Assembly (NCBI GenBank): GCA_044226545.1
Contig: JBGAGW010000003.1
Coordinates: 431,823 to 495,822, forward strand
Origin: Limisphaerales bacterium
GTDB taxonomy: Bacteria; Verrucomicrobiota; Verrucomicrobiia; Limisphaerales; SXQI01
Direction: 5' to 3'
Length of the DNA: 64,000 nucleotides
The notes below the pieces were generated by a model. That model was not told the DNA's origin. It did no database searches and saw nothing but the letters and a program-made list of their open reading frames with translations. This document shows, piece by piece, positions 34,066-44,682 of the stretch; the stretch's first letter is position 1, and every line of letters begins with the position of its first letter. Made by a program: the position numbers and the translations under genes.

Positions 34066-35730
34066 TTACTTGGATTTCACCGCGAGGCTGAAGATGCCGT
34101 CCAAAACTGTCGGAGAATTCAGAATAAGAGGGAAATTTTTGCGCAAAGCCGGCCTGGTACTCACAGTCATACTGGCACCGACCACCCCTGTGCCTTTAAC
34201 CTTAAAGTGTGTCCAGAATCCCGGCGGGACGGCGTCTGAAGCCCTAAAGGTTATCTCTACTTCATTTTTACCTTCCTGCACTTCGCTGTTTTCGAGTGTA
34301 ATCCCTGCGACGGGCGGCTCGATCTTAAAACTAATCTTCCCGGTGTAGTCGTAACGGACACAGGTAATCCTCAATTTCGCCGTCCCGCCCGGAACCAGTT
34401 CCACCCGGTTCTCTTCAGAAGCGGCAGTGAAACCACTTTCGAATCGCGCCGCCTTGATTCGGTAAGGGAGGTTGGAGCAATCCTGAGTCCCGCTTAGTTC
34501 CCGCACCTCCAAATAATAGTCCCCCGCTCCGTCGAACTTGTTTGTCACGGCCGCGTCGCCCGGCAGCGTCGGATCGCTTTTCGCGACGGTCTTTCCCTCG
34601 GCGTTCTTAATGGCGAGCACGAGATCGCAAGGGGAACCGAGGGAGCGAGTCGCACTTTGGAAAATCAATTTCTCCTCTTTGGCGGCGGCGAACCGATAAA
34701 AATCCTTGTCGCTCCCGCAATTTATTTTTCCATTCAAAATCGCCGGCAGAAAAAGCGATTGGGCTTGAGCTGGTGAATCGTTAACTTCCACTTCTCCCAA
34801 CGTCGGGATCGTAAACAGCAGGGGACCGTTCACAGGATTAGCAGGTGAACCAGCCTCGCTTCGATATGTCTCGCTTCCAAATGGCTCGAAGGCAGCGCCT
34901 GTCTCGCCCGGATCAAACAGCGGGTAGGTAAACCAAATCAGCGGCTCGTGAGTCACACGAAGCCGATAATCGTAGCTTGTTCCACCACCATAACCGGCGT
35001 CATGTACCGACAGCGTGTAATCTCCCGTCGATGGAGCGTTAAACACAAAACGCGAGTCGCGCCACACCCCTGGTTCATCATCGCACATCACCAGTTCACG
35101 CCCGTCTGTGTCGAGCACATGGACCACAGGATCCATTTCCGAGCCCATCCGATGCGCAATGGCTTCGATTGAAAATCGTTCGCCTGCCTTCGCGTTGAAA
35201 ACGTAGTAGTCGATCTTCTCCGATTTCAGAATGCAATCGACCGCTGCGGGCGGCGTGATGCGATGGGCATTGGTGCGTGACTGATGATTGTCGCGGTGCG
35301 GTTGCGTTCGGAGCGCATCGATCAACACCAATTGATAATTCGAGGCGCCATCCGGCCCGGCAATCTGGAGTGCGTGAATGCCGCGAGCATTCTCCGGGCA
35401 GGCCACCTCGAAGCTGATCGTATCGGCGTTCAAACTCGTCACCCGGCGCGCCGTGCACTCGACGGAGCTCCAAAAATTACTCGAACTTTCCAGTGCCGAT
35501 CCCGAAAACGTCAGCACCATTTTCCTGCCGGGCACCAAGGCGTGCGGCGCAAAATGAGCGATCTCCGGTCCCGCTCGCAACCACACCGCTCCCGACAGAG
35601 CCGCGACCGTGAGGAAGCGCGCCGAACGGAAAAGCCTCCGACCGCAGCCGGTCCCCGACCGCAACGCGCACTCCCCACCGGCCACGTCCGACAGACTGGC
35701 GTCGCTCGGATTGCACCGAATCCTGTTCAC
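34066..35730 (-). CDS. Secreted protein with two pre-peptidase C-terminal (PPC)-like domains
   Basis: It has a signal-like RRLFRSARFLTVAALSGAVWLRAG. Two PPC-type modules are present: IDYYVFNAKAGERFSIEA...TGDYTLSVHD and DKDFYRFAAAKEEKLIFQS...AGDYYLEVRE. The GTG start overlaps the DUF1501 stop as GTGA at 35727-35730. Confidence 0.7.
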   Translation of the reverse strand: MNRIRCNPSDASLSDVAGGECALRSGTGCGRRLFRSARFLTVAALSGAVWLRAGPEIAHFAPHALVPGRKMVLTFSGSALESSSNFWSSVECTARRVTSLNADTISFEVACPENARGIHALQIAGPDGASNYQLVLIDALRTQPHRDNHQSRTNAHRITPPAAVDCILKSEKIDYYVFNAKAGERFSIEAIAHRMGSEMDPVVHVLDTDGRELVMCDDEPGVWRDSRFVFNAPSTGDYTLSVHDAGYGGGTSYDYRLRVTHEPLIWFTYPLFDPGETGAAFEPFGSETYRSEAGSPANPVNGPLLFTIPTLGEVEVNDSPAQAQSLFLPAILNGKINCGSDKDFYRFAAAKEEKLIFQSATRSLGSPCDLVLAIKNAEGKTVAKSDPTLPGDAAVTNKFDGAGDYYLEVRELSGTQDCSNLPYRIKAARFESGFTAASEENRVELVPGGTAKLRITCVRYDYTGKISFKIEPPVAGITLENSEVQEGKNEVEITFRASDAVPPGFWTHFKVKGTGVVGASMTVSTRPALRKNFPLILNSPTVLDGIFSLAVKSK

Positions 35731-37130
35731 GCGAAGATATCCATCACCGGATTACCGTCCGCGATTGCGACCGGCCGATTCCCCGCCCCCGGCACCTGCG
35801 TGTGCGGATCGATCCCGAGTGCGTAAAACATGGTCGCCGCCAAATCATCCGGGCGCACAGGATTTTCGGCGGGATAGGCGCCGTTTTTATCCGAAGCACC
35901 GTAAATGAATCCGCGTTTCACGCCGCCACCCGCCAGCAGCACGGTGTAACAATCCGGCCAATGATCGCGGCTCGCGTTTTCATTGATTTTGGGGGTGCGC
36001 CCGAATTCACCCATCCAGACGACGAGAGTCGAATCGAGCAGCCCTCGCTCGTCCATGTCTTCCAGGAACGTGGGCAGCGTTTGGTCCGTGATCGGCAGGT
36101 GATATTTCTCAATGATTGGATACATGCGGGTGTTGTTGAAACCATGCGTATCCCAGCCACCGCCCGTCGTACTCTGCCCGCCGATATTCCCCGAGAAATA
36201 GACCGTCACGAATTTGGTTCCAGCCTCGACCAACCGTCGTGCCAAAATCAAACTTTGGCCGTAGCTCGTCCGCCCATATTTTTCGCGTAAAGCTTCCGGT
36301 TCAGTCGAAAGATCAAACGCTTTCCGCAGCTTCTCCGAATGCAGCATGGTCAGCGCTTTGTCGTAGTAGGCATCCATCCCGCGCGCCGAGGCGGAGTAAT
36401 CAAGCAGCCGTGTTTGCGCATCGACCATCTTTTGCAACTCACGCCGCGCGGTCAGTCGCTCGTACGAGACAGTGGCCGGCAAACTCAGTTCCGGCAGCTT
36501 GAAGTCGGGGGCGTTTGGATCCTGCGTTACCAGGAAAGGATCATGCATCTTACCAAGGAAGCTCGCGTGCTGGCCGGGCGTGACCGCTCCATCCCGAATC
36601 ACGTAAGGATAGGAAATCGACGTGGGCATCTCGCCATCATTCGGAGCGAGCTTGTCAACCACGCTCGCATAGGCGGGAAACAGGTCGTTGCTATCCCGCA
36701 ATCGAATATCATCCACCGGCGGTGCATGCCCCGTGAGCGCATAGTACGCCGCCGAATTATGATTCTTCATGTTGTGATGCATGCTCCGGATCAGCGTTAC
36801 CTTATCCAGCACCTTCGCGGTGCGCGGCAACCCTTCACACACATGCACACCCGGCAAAACGCTCGGGATCCCTTTCAACGGCCCGCGAATTCCCTCCGGC
36901 GCATCGGGTTTCCGATCAAACATATCGACGTGACTCGGCCCGCCGAACTGGAACAGGAAGATGACCGATTTAGCTCTCGCGTTCGCGGAGGGTTTAAGTG
37001 CCTCGGCCCGTAAAACCTTCGGCATCGTCAATCCGAGCAAACCCATTCCACCGACCTTTAACAAATGCCGTCGCGAAAAGCCAAGATTCGCAAAGCCAGC
37101 ACAACAGGATGATGGGCGAACGGGTTTCAC
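35727..37130 (-). CDS. DUF1501 domain protein (sulfatase-fold, Tat signal)
   Basis: It has a Tat-like SRRHLLKVGGMGLLGL, followed by FQFGGPSHVDMFDRKPDAPEGIRGP...IRSMHHNMKNH...WDTHG. The start is uncertain: GTG 37128-37130 gives MKPVRPSSCCAGF..., while the ORF maximum at 37256 would overlap the divergent lgt. Confidence 0.9.
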   Translation of the reverse strand: MKPVRPSSCCAGFANLGFSRRHLLKVGGMGLLGLTMPKVLRAEALKPSANARAKSVIFLFQFGGPSHVDMFDRKPDAPEGIRGPLKGIPSVLPGVHVCEGLPRTAKVLDKVTLIRSMHHNMKNHNSAAYYALTGHAPPVDDIRLRDSNDLFPAYASVVDKLAPNDGEMPTSISYPYVIRDGAVTPGQHASFLGKMHDPFLVTQDPNAPDFKLPELSLPATVSYERLTARRELQKMVDAQTRLLDYSASARGMDAYYDKALTMLHSEKLRKAFDLSTEPEALREKYGRTSYGQSLILARRLVEAGTKFVTVYFSGNIGGQSTTGGGWDTHGFNNTRMYPIIEKYHLPITDQTLPTFLEDMDERGLLDSTLVVWMGEFGRTPKINENASRDHWPDCYTVLLAGGGVKRGFIYGASDKNGAYPAENPVRPDDLAATMFYALGIDPHTQVPGAGNRPVAIADGNPVMDIFA

Positions 37131-37240
37131 GACTGCGATCCTACTCTTTCGCCGAACGCGGGTAAAGCTCGCCGCGAAGTCGAACGGGGTTTTTCCCTCG
37201 CTTGTCATGCCTTCCGTCAGGCCGTAACTTCGTCTCTCCG

Positions 37241-38017
37241 GTGGATAACGTCGCATTCGAAATTTTCGGCTTTCAGATCTATTGGTACGGCATTTTGGCT
37301 GCCGCGGGTTTTCTCTTTGGGTTCGGCACGGCGAGCCGCCGCGCTCCGCGCGCGGGACTCAAAGGGGAGGACATCTACAATCTCGCACCATGGATCATCG
37401 TTGGGACAGTGATTGGCGCTCGCCTTCTTTACGTCATCTCATATTGGGACAAGGAATTCGCCGGGCAACCGCTCACGCACATTTTCAACATGCGCTCGGG
37501 GCTGGTTTATTACGGAGGGCTGATCGGCGCGTCTCTCGGGACGATTCTCTACACCCGGAAAGCGAAAGTGCCTCTCTGGCGGCTTGCTGACGTGATGGCT
37601 CCGAGTGTTCCGCTTGGCCACGCCTTCGGCCGGGTAGGCTGTTTCATGACCGGTTGTTGCTACGGTAAGGCGTGTAGTCTTCCCTGGGCGGTTCATTTTC
37701 CGAAGGAACATTGGACGCAGGGCATTGGCGTTCACCCGGTCCAGCTCTACGAGAGCGGCTTAAACCTGCTCTTTTACGCGCTGCTGGCCTGGCTTTTCCA
37801 AAGGCGAAAATTCGATGGCCAGATATTCGCCATTTACCTGATGGGTTACGCCATTCTTCGCGCCTTCACCGAGACGTTTCGCGGCGATTACACTCAGCAT
37901 TACCTGGGCGGAATTCTAACGCCCGGCCAGGCGGTGAGCATCCTCATTTTCGCTCTCGGAGTGGCTCTGTGGATCTGGCGTGCCCGTTTGCGAACACCGA
38001 AGCTCGCTCCCGCGTAG
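37241..38017 (+). CDS. lgt: Prolipoprotein diacylglyceryl transferase, paralog 2 (canonical length)
   Basis: The call rests on FEIFGFQIYWYGILAAAGFLFG, GLVYYGGLIGA, GRVGCFMTGCCYG and HPVQLYES. The start could be the GTG at 37241 or the TTG at 37202. Confidence 0.9.
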   Translation: MDNVAFEIFGFQIYWYGILAAAGFLFGFGTASRRAPRAGLKGEDIYNLAPWIIVGTVIGARLLYVISYWDKEFAGQPLTHIFNMRSGLVYYGGLIGASLGTILYTRKAKVPLWRLADVMAPSVPLGHAFGRVGCFMTGCCYGKACSLPWAVHFPKEHWTQGIGVHPVQLYESGLNLLFYALLAWLFQRRKFDGQIFAIYLMGYAILRAFTETFRGDYTQHYLGGILTPGQAVSILIFALGVALWIWRARLRTPKLAPA

Positions 38018-38020
38018 CCA

Positions 38021-38968
38021 ATGTCAGAGCGAATGGAAAGCGTGACGGTCGAAGCCTCCCGCCCGGGCGAGCGCCTGGACGTTTATCTCCGCACTCATTT
38101 TCCGAACACCTCCCGCGGCACCCTGCAGAAGCTGATTGATACGGGTGATATCAAGGTCAACGACCGTCAGGTCAAACCGACTTACTCACCAAAATCTGGT
38201 GATGTTGTCACCGTTCAATGGCCTGAGCCGAAGAAACTTGATTTGCTCCCTGAGCAAATTCCGCTGCAAATTCTTTACGAGGATTCCGATCTGCTCGTCA
38301 TCAACAAGCAGCCCGATTTGGTGGTCCATCCCGGCGCCGGCAATTACGAACACACCCTTGTTAATGCTTTACTTCATCACTGTGAAGGCCAACTCAGCGG
38401 CATTGCCGGTTACGCGCGACCCGGGATCGTTCATCGACTCGATAAAGATACCAGCGGTTGCATGGTCGTTGCCAAGAACGATACTGCCCACCTCGGCCTC
38501 TCCGACCAATTCCGTAATCGAACGATGGAAAAAATTTATCACGCGATCCTTTGCGGCGATTTGCCTGCCCAGCGTGGAGAAATCAGCGCTGCCATCACTC
38601 GACACCCGGCGCGTCGTCGCACCATGACCGTCGCCGACGCCGGGAAAGGGAGGGAAGCCCGCACCAGCTACCGCATTCTTGAGCGCCTTCGCAACGCGAC
38701 TCTCGTTCAAGTTGTCCTGCACACTGGACGCACTCACCAAATCCGCGTTCACTTTCAGCACCTCGGCTTCCCACTGGCCGGAGATCGCGTTTACGGCGGC
38801 AAACAAAACGTGCGCCTCGAAAAGCAAACCAACTTCAAAGCCGATCGGCAGATGCTTCACGCCTATTCTTTAACGTTTGTCCACCCACGCACCGCAAAGA
38901 CCATCAACTGCACTGCTCCCTGGCCTGAAGATTTCAAGGAGGCCGTCGTCAGATTGCGAAAAGCCTGA
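38021..38968 (+). CDS. rluD: RluA-family 23S rRNA pseudouridine synthase (RluD-like, with S4 domain)
   Basis: It has an N-terminal S4-like segment (GERLDVYL...LIDTGDIKVNDRQVK), the catalytic HRLDKDTSG and TGRTHQIRVH. Confidence 0.92.
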   Translation: MSERMESVTVEASRPGERLDVYLRTHFPNTSRGTLQKLIDTGDIKVNDRQVKPTYSPKSGDVVTVQWPEPKKLDLLPEQIPLQILYEDSDLLVINKQPDLVVHPGAGNYEHTLVNALLHHCEGQLSGIAGYARPGIVHRLDKDTSGCMVVAKNDTAHLGLSDQFRNRTMEKIYHAILCGDLPAQRGEISAAITRHPARRRTMTVADAGKGREARTSYRILERLRNATLVQVVLHTGRTHQIRVHFQHLGFPLAGDRVYGGKQNVRLEKQTNFKADRQMLHAYSLTFVHPRTAKTINCTAPWPEDFKEAVVRLRKA

Positions 38969-39185
38969 AATTCTGAACCTATTCGGCCTACGGAAATTAG
39001 TGGAATGCGGTCGAAATAGCGGGGTGAATCTCCGGCTGTTCGCCTTTGAGGACCCTATTTGAATTGAGCCATCCGACGAGTGCTCGCAGCCCATGGATTC
39101 GCGTTCTCGTTGCCGCGTAACATTTGCGTCCCGAGGGCAATCCCGGTAAAAGAACCGAACGTTTCGAAGGTCAAAAGGAATTGGG

Positions 39186-40103
39186 ATGCAGCTAGGATTT
39201 GTTTCAGCGATTTTGGCGGAGCAATCGGTCGAGCAGGTGCTCGCGTTTGCGGGGCAGGAAGGTTTTCAGTGCGTCGAATTGATGTGCTGGCCCGTAGGCA
39301 AAGCCGAACGAAAATTTGCGGGCGTTACCCATGTTGATGTCACCGACACGAAAAATATTCCGGTCGATGAAATCCTTGGCCAGGCCGCGCATCATGGCGT
39401 CGAGATCAGCGCTCTCGGCTTTTATCCAAACCCGCTCGATCCCGATCCGGAAGTCGCAAAGCGCTGCACGGATCATCTGAAGAAGGTCATTCTGGGCGCG
39501 GAGAAACTCGGGCTCGAACGCGTGAATAGCTTTGTTGGACGCGACTGGACCCGCAGCGTGGACGACAACTGGCCGCGCTTTCTCAAGACCTGGAAGCCGC
39601 TGATTGCGTTCGCGGAAGATCATGGAGTGCGAATCGGGATTGAGAATTGCCCAATGTTCTTTACGCGCGATGAATGGCCAAGCGGCAAGAATCTTGCCAT
39701 CAGCCCGTCAATCTGGCGCCGTATGTTCTCGGACATTAACAGCGATCACTTCGGGCTCAATTATGATCCATCGCACATGATCTGGCAGCAGATGGATTGG
39801 CTCAAGCCGCTCCAGGAATTCAAGCGCAAGCTCTTTCACATCCATGCTAAAGACGTATTGCTTTTGCGCGATCGTTTGAACGATCACGGGATTTATGGGT
39901 ATCCGAAGGAGACGCATCTGCCGCGTATTCCGGGGTTCGGCGAGATCAATTGGGCACAATTTATTGGAAAGCTGATGGAAGTCGGCTACGACGGACCGGT
40001 CTGCATCGAAGTGGAAGATGACACTTTCGGAAAAACACTGGAAGGGCGGGAGCGCGCGCTCCGCGTTTCGCGCAACGTTTTGAAACCTTTCATCTCCGGC
40101 TGA
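39186..40103 (+). CDS. Sugar phosphate isomerase/epimerase (xylose-isomerase-like TIM barrel)
   Basis: The 305-aa protein has the family pattern: GFQCVELM, GVRIGIENCP, NYDPSHMIWQ, HIHAKD and CIEVED. Confidence 0.85.
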   Translation: MQLGFVSAILAEQSVEQVLAFAGQEGFQCVELMCWPVGKAERKFAGVTHVDVTDTKNIPVDEILGQAAHHGVEISALGFYPNPLDPDPEVAKRCTDHLKKVILGAEKLGLERVNSFVGRDWTRSVDDNWPRFLKTWKPLIAFAEDHGVRIGIENCPMFFTRDEWPSGKNLAISPSIWRRMFSDINSDHFGLNYDPSHMIWQQMDWLKPLQEFKRKLFHIHAKDVLLLRDRLNDHGIYGYPKETHLPRIPGFGEINWAQFIGKLMEVGYDGPVCIEVEDDTFGKTLEGRERALRVSRNVLKPFISG

Positions 40104-40107
40104 CGCT

Positions 40108-40875
40108 ATGAAATATTCCTACGCTGAATTGGCGAAAATGATCGATCATTCGCTCCTGCACCCGACCATGACGGACAAGGAGCTCGAAGATGGCTGCGCC
40201 ATTGCGAAAAAATACGAAGTCGCAAGCGTGTGCATCAAGCCGTATTACGTGCGTCGCGCCGCAGAACTCCTGCGTGGCAGCAATGTGCTGGTCGGCGCGG
40301 TAATCGGTTTCCCCCACGGCAACAGCACGACAGAATCCAAGCGGTACGAAACTGAGCTCGCCTGCCGCGATGGGGCGGTCGAAATCGACATGGTCATCAA
40401 CATCGGTAAAGCGCTTTCCGGCGACTGGAATTATGTTGAGCAGGACATTCGCGCAGTATGCCAGGAGGCGCACAAGCACGGTGCCATTGTGAAGGTGATT
40501 TTCGAGAATGATTTTCTTCCGAATGACGACATTAAGATCAAGCTCTGCCAAATCTCCGAACGGGCCGGCGTGGATTACGTGAAGACATCGAGCGGTTACG
40601 GTTTCGTGAAACAAAAAGATGGCAATTACAATTATAAGGGTGCGACCGAGCATGATCTGAAGCTGATGCGCGCACATTGCTCGCCGAAAGTTAAAGTGAA
40701 GGCCGCGGGCGGTGTTCGCGATCTGGATGGGCTCATACGCGTGCGCGATCTTGGCGCGGAACGCTGCGGCGCTAGCGCGACTGTCGCCATGCTCGACGAA
40801 TATAAGCGGCGCGCGGCGGAGGGCGATCTGCGAACGGAAAAGGAAGCGGCCACTCTTGGTGCCGGTGGCTATTAA
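40108..40875 (+). CDS. deoC: Deoxyribose-phosphate aldolase
   Basis: The call rests on LAKMIDHSLLHPTMTDKELEDGC...ASVCIKPYYV...IDMVINIG...YVKTSSGYG...KVKAAGGVR. Confidence 0.93.
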   Translation: MKYSYAELAKMIDHSLLHPTMTDKELEDGCAIAKKYEVASVCIKPYYVRRAAELLRGSNVLVGAVIGFPHGNSTTESKRYETELACRDGAVEIDMVINIGKALSGDWNYVEQDIRAVCQEAHKHGAIVKVIFENDFLPNDDIKIKLCQISERAGVDYVKTSSGYGFVKQKDGNYNYKGATEHDLKLMRAHCSPKVKVKAAGGVRDLDGLIRVRDLGAERCGASATVAMLDEYKRRAAEGDLRTEKEAATLGAGGY

Positions 40876-40886
40876 CGATCGGGTTT

Positions 40887-41330
40887 CTACAGCGTTTTCT
40901 CGAAGCGATTAAACTCGAGCCAGTACCATTTGAAGGCTTTCGCCAGTTCGATGAGTTGTGCGGCCGTGGGCGGCTTCACCACGTAGGAATTCGCGCCGAG
41001 TTTGTACGCCTCCCGCAGGTCAGAAGGTTCGTTCGACGAAGTGAGGACCACGACAACAATTCCTTCGAAGGCTTTCTGCGCTCTTATCCACTCCAGAACC
41101 TGCAACCCGCCTTTAATCGGTAATTTCAGGTCGAGGAATACGATGGCAGGCAGAGGATATTGATCCCGCGCACCGAACATTCCGGTTCCGGCCAGATACT
41201 CCACCGCCTGCTGGCCGTCTTCCACCGTGTGAAGGGGATTGACGATACCCGCCGCCTTGAGAGCGCGCTTCATGAGGAAAACATCATCCTCGTTATCTTC
41301 GACGAGCAGGATGGCCGCAGTGGTGGTCAT
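40887..41330 (-). CDS. Single-domain response regulator (CheY-like receiver)
   Basis: It has ILLVEDNEDDVFL...VFLDLKLP...VVVLTSS...VVKP. Its start overlaps the kinase stop by 4 nt. Confidence 0.92.
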   Translation of the reverse strand: MTTTAAILLVEDNEDDVFLMKRALKAAGIVNPLHTVEDGQQAVEYLAGTGMFGARDQYPLPAIVFLDLKLPIKGGLQVLEWIRAQKAFEGIVVVVLTSSNEPSDLREAYKLGANSYVVKPPTAAQLIELAKAFKWYWLEFNRFEKTL

Positions 41331-42892
41331 GCTTTTTTCAAAACAAAGTAAAAATCACTGCCGCGGCCCGGTTCGGAAACGACTCCAACCGTGCCGCCCA
41401 TCCGCTCCGCCGCCTTCTTGGCGATGGCCAATCCGATCCCGGTCCCTTCAAATTTCTTCTCCGGGTACACCCGCCCAAAAATCTGGAAAATCTGCTGCAA
41501 ATGTTCCGCGGCGATTCCAATTCCGTTGTCCTGAAAGCTCATCCGCACCATTTCACCCTGTTCCCGCGCGCAGATGCTCACTGCAGGACGTTTGCCGCGC
41601 TCCACGAACTTTACAGCGTTCCCGAGAAAATTGGAAACGATCTGCGTGAGATAAGCTTCGTGACCGAGCACAATCGGAATTTCTGTGACCAGACGAATAT
41701 CAGCGTGCTCAGGTTGCAACGCGGGGTAATGCTGAATCACGTCTCGAATCACGTTCTCCACATTCACAGGTCGAAGCTGAATCTCGCCTTTAGCCACGCG
41801 GCTGTAAGCGAGCACATCCTGAATGAGGAGATCCATCCGGCTGGCCGCACGCCGAATCCTTTGGAGATACTCTTTGGCCGTTGGATCGAACTGCGTCTCG
41901 TAATCCTCAAGCAAAGCATCGGCATAACCCTGCATCGCGCGAAGCGGCGAACGCATGTCATGCGAAACGCTGTAGGAAAACGCTTCCAACTCCTGGATCG
42001 TTTCGCGCAAGCGCGCGGTGCGCTCCGCCACTTGCTCCTCAAGCTTGTCGGCATGCCGCTTCAACTCGTTTTGAGCTTCTTGCAATGCCTTCTCGGCTCT
42101 TTTTCTATCCGTGATGTCTCGCGAGATCTTGGAAACACCTACCACGCGGCCTGAGTCGTCGTAGACCGGCGAAACAGTTAAAGAAATATTCAGCCGCGTG
42201 CCATCTTTGCGACGGCGAATCGTTTCATAGTGATCGATCCGCTCGCCGTTTAATAAGCGACGGAATATCTCCGGCTCTTCGTCCTCCGAATCTTCCGGAA
42301 TGAGCATGCTTACAGAACGCCCAATTGCTTCTTCCGGAGTGTAGCCAAACATTCGTTGCGCCCCCTTGTTCCAGGTCAGAATCGTAGTATCGAGCGACAT
42401 GCTGATGATCGCGTCGTCGCTCGATTCCACGACCGCGGCCAGGCGGGAACGTATTTCCTCGGCCTCTTTGTGGCGGGTGATATCTTGGACCACCCCAATC
42501 ATTCCAGACGGTGACCCGTCCGTCCGGTATGTCCCGCGTCCCCGCGCCGCGAGCCACACATAACGTGCGCCGCGGCGCACGCGATACTCGATGTCGTAGT
42601 CCCGGTGCGCCGCCATGGACTCCTCAACCCCCTTGCGTGCACGTTCCCGGTCCTCAGGATGCAACAGTTCACGTAAAGCATTCCAGGTGATGCTTCTGCC
42701 TGGTTCGAGGCCGAACATACCTGCCGCTTCCGGGCCCAGTCTCACCAGGTCGGTCACAGGATCCCAACTCCAGTTGCCCAGACGCCCAGCCGAAAGCGCG
42801 AGTTGCATCCGTTCGACAGTTTCGTCAAGTCCGTTGCCGGACTGGAACGGTGCATTCTGGACTAGCTCTTGTTCGTGCAACTGCAAAGGCAT
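41327..42892 (-). CDS. PAS-domain sensor histidine kinase (cytoplasmic)
   Basis: It has tandem PAS modules, the HisKA H-box FSYSVSHDMRSPLRA, and HATPase N/G boxes (GNAVKF, DNGIGI, GTGIGLAI). No TM segment is present. Confidence 0.92.
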   Translation of the reverse strand: MPLQLHEQELVQNAPFQSGNGLDETVERMQLALSAGRLGNWSWDPVTDLVRLGPEAAGMFGLEPGRSITWNALRELLHPEDRERARKGVEESMAAHRDYDIEYRVRRGARYVWLAARGRGTYRTDGSPSGMIGVVQDITRHKEAEEIRSRLAAVVESSDDAIISMSLDTTILTWNKGAQRMFGYTPEEAIGRSVSMLIPEDSEDEEPEIFRRLLNGERIDHYETIRRRKDGTRLNISLTVSPVYDDSGRVVGVSKISRDITDRKRAEKALQEAQNELKRHADKLEEQVAERTARLRETIQELEAFSYSVSHDMRSPLRAMQGYADALLEDYETQFDPTAKEYLQRIRRAASRMDLLIQDVLAYSRVAKGEIQLRPVNVENVIRDVIQHYPALQPEHADIRLVTEIPIVLGHEAYLTQIVSNFLGNAVKFVERGKRPAVSICAREQGEMVRMSFQDNGIGIAAEHLQQIFQIFGRVYPEKKFEGTGIGLAIAKKAAERMGGTVGVVSEPGRGSDFYFVLKKA

Positions 42893-43173
42893 GAAGTCTG
42901 GGAAATCAATGAGTTACGCCCGCAAACAACAATCGGAAATGACGGTACTCACTCCTCATCCGCTCGCGCAGAATCGAAAATTGCTCCTTTGGTTACACTC
43001 ATTCGGGCATCAAACCGATCCACCATACTTGCGAAAAACCCCATCATCCATAAGGGATACCCCTGAAACACGCAGCCTAGAGGAAAGCTCCCCGAGGCAA
43101 ATGGGTTGCAAATACAAATACTTACCCCGAGGAAAAACATCAATCCTATGGAGCTTTTGCCGGACAATGTTTT

Positions 43174-44679
43174 ATGGGAGCACCGCAATCCTTTCCAGAA
43201 TTCATCTGGCTTTTGTCCACGTGGCTGCTTTCCTTTCGGTCTGTGAAACCGATCTTCAGTCTTCGAAACAGTTGCGCGCTGTTCGCGGCCGCCTTGCTTC
43301 CTTTTTCCGGTGCTCCCGCATTTGCAGCCTCTGGATTGAAGGTAAGCGATAACCGTCGCTTTCTCGTCACTGGAGAGGGCAAGCCGTTCTTCTATCTCGG
43401 CGATACAGCGTGGGAACTTTTCCACCGTCTGAATCGTGGGGAGGCGGAAACCTACTTGCGAGACCGTGCAGCCAAGGGCTTCACCGTTATCCAGGCCGTC
43501 GCCATTGCAGAACTGGACGGACATACCGACCCGAATCCTTACGGGCACCTGCCGTTGATTGAGCTTGATCCCGCACGCCCGGATGTGAAGGACGGCCCCG
43601 GCAATGATTACTGGGACCACGTTGATTTCATCGTGAACAAGGCAAACGAACTCGGTTTGATCATTGGCTTCCTGCCGACCTGGGGCCGCTACTGGCACGA
43701 CAAGGTGAAAGACGGGAAACCGCTCTTCACGCAAGAGAATGCGGCGTCTTACGGCGAATGGATCGGTGAGCGCTACAAAGACAAAGGTCTCATTTGGATT
43801 CTGGGCGGCGATCGGGCAATCGAGAATGACGAACAGAAAGCGGTGGTCCGAGCGATGGCGCGAGGCTTGCGCAAGGGCGACGGTGGGACGCATTTGATCA
43901 CCTTTCATCCACCGGGAGCCAACGGATCATCAACCTGGTTGCACGAAGAAGATTGGCTCGACTTCAATATGCGGCAAAACGGTCACCTGGCGGAATACAC
44001 CGGCCGCTATAGTAAGACGCACTCGGACTACCAGAAAACACCGATCAAGCCGGTGATCGACGGCGAACCGATCTACGAAGATCATCCAGTCAACTTTAAG
44101 TCTGATGAATTGGGCCACTCCGTCGCCGCCGATGTCCGTCGACCCTTGTATTGGGATCTTTTCGGCGGAGCTTGTGGTCACACCTACGGCCATCACTCAG
44201 TCTGGCAGATGTACGACCCAGCCAAACATAAGCCGATCAATCGGCCCCTCATGCCGTGGATGGAGGCGATCAAACAACTGGGTGCGGCGCAAATGCAGTA
44301 TGGTCGGCGCTTGCTCGAATCGCGCCCCTTTCTGACCCGTGTGCCGGACGATTCGATGATTGTTCCCGAGGCAACCACGAGTTCGGTTCCCGGCGCGGGC
44401 ACGCGTCGTTACGCTGCGACGCGCGATGAAAGCGGCAGTTACGCGATGATCTATGTTCCTGTTGGCCGGCCCTTTAAAGTGCATCTGCAAAAGTTGAGCG
44501 GCACGAAAATCAAGGCGACCTGGTTCAATCCGCGGGAGGGAACCGTCCAGGCAGCCGGAGAGTTCAGCAATGAAGGCGATCATACTTTTATTCCGCCAAA
44601 TCCGGGCGAACTTCTCGATTGGGTGCTGGTGCTGGATGACGCCTCAAAAGACTATCCTCCGCCGGGGTCTCTACGGTAA
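43174..44679 (+). CDS. DUF4038 / GH140-like putative glycoside hydrolase, secreted
   Basis: [37 protein letters not shown] is the DUF4038 (apiosidase-like) signature. The signal peptide is [16 protein letters not shown]. An alternative GTG start lies at 43243. Confidence 0.75.
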   Translation: MGAPQSFPEFIWLLSTWLLSFRSVKPIFSLRNSCALFAAALLPFSGAPAFAASGLKVSDNRRFLVTGEGKPFFYLGDTAWELFHRLNRGEAETYLRDRAAKGFTVIQAVAIAELDGHTDPNPYGHLPLIELDPARPDVKDGPGNDYWDHVDFIVNKANELGLIIGFLPTWGRYWHDKVKDGKPLFTQENAASYGEWIGERYKDKGLIWILGGDRAIENDEQKAVVRAMARGLRKGDGGTHLITFHPPGANGSSTWLHEEDWLDFNMRQNGHLAEYTGRYSKTHSDYQKTPIKPVIDGEPIYEDHPVNFKSDELGHSVAADVRRPLYWDLFGGACGHTYGHHSVWQMYDPAKHKPINRPLMPWMEAIKQLGAAQMQYGRRLLESRPFLTRVPDDSMIVPEATTSSVPGAGTRRYAATRDESGSYAMIYVPVGRPFKVHLQKLSGTKIKATWFNPREGTVQAAGEFSNEGDHTFIPPNPGELLDWVLVLDDASKDYPPPGSLR

Positions 44680-44682
44680 TAA

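Noticed and set aside
42949-43908. 319-aa ORF on the minus strand
   Set aside because: It is antisense to the DUF4038/GH140-like gene and runs into that gene's promoter region. It has no motif and poor composition.
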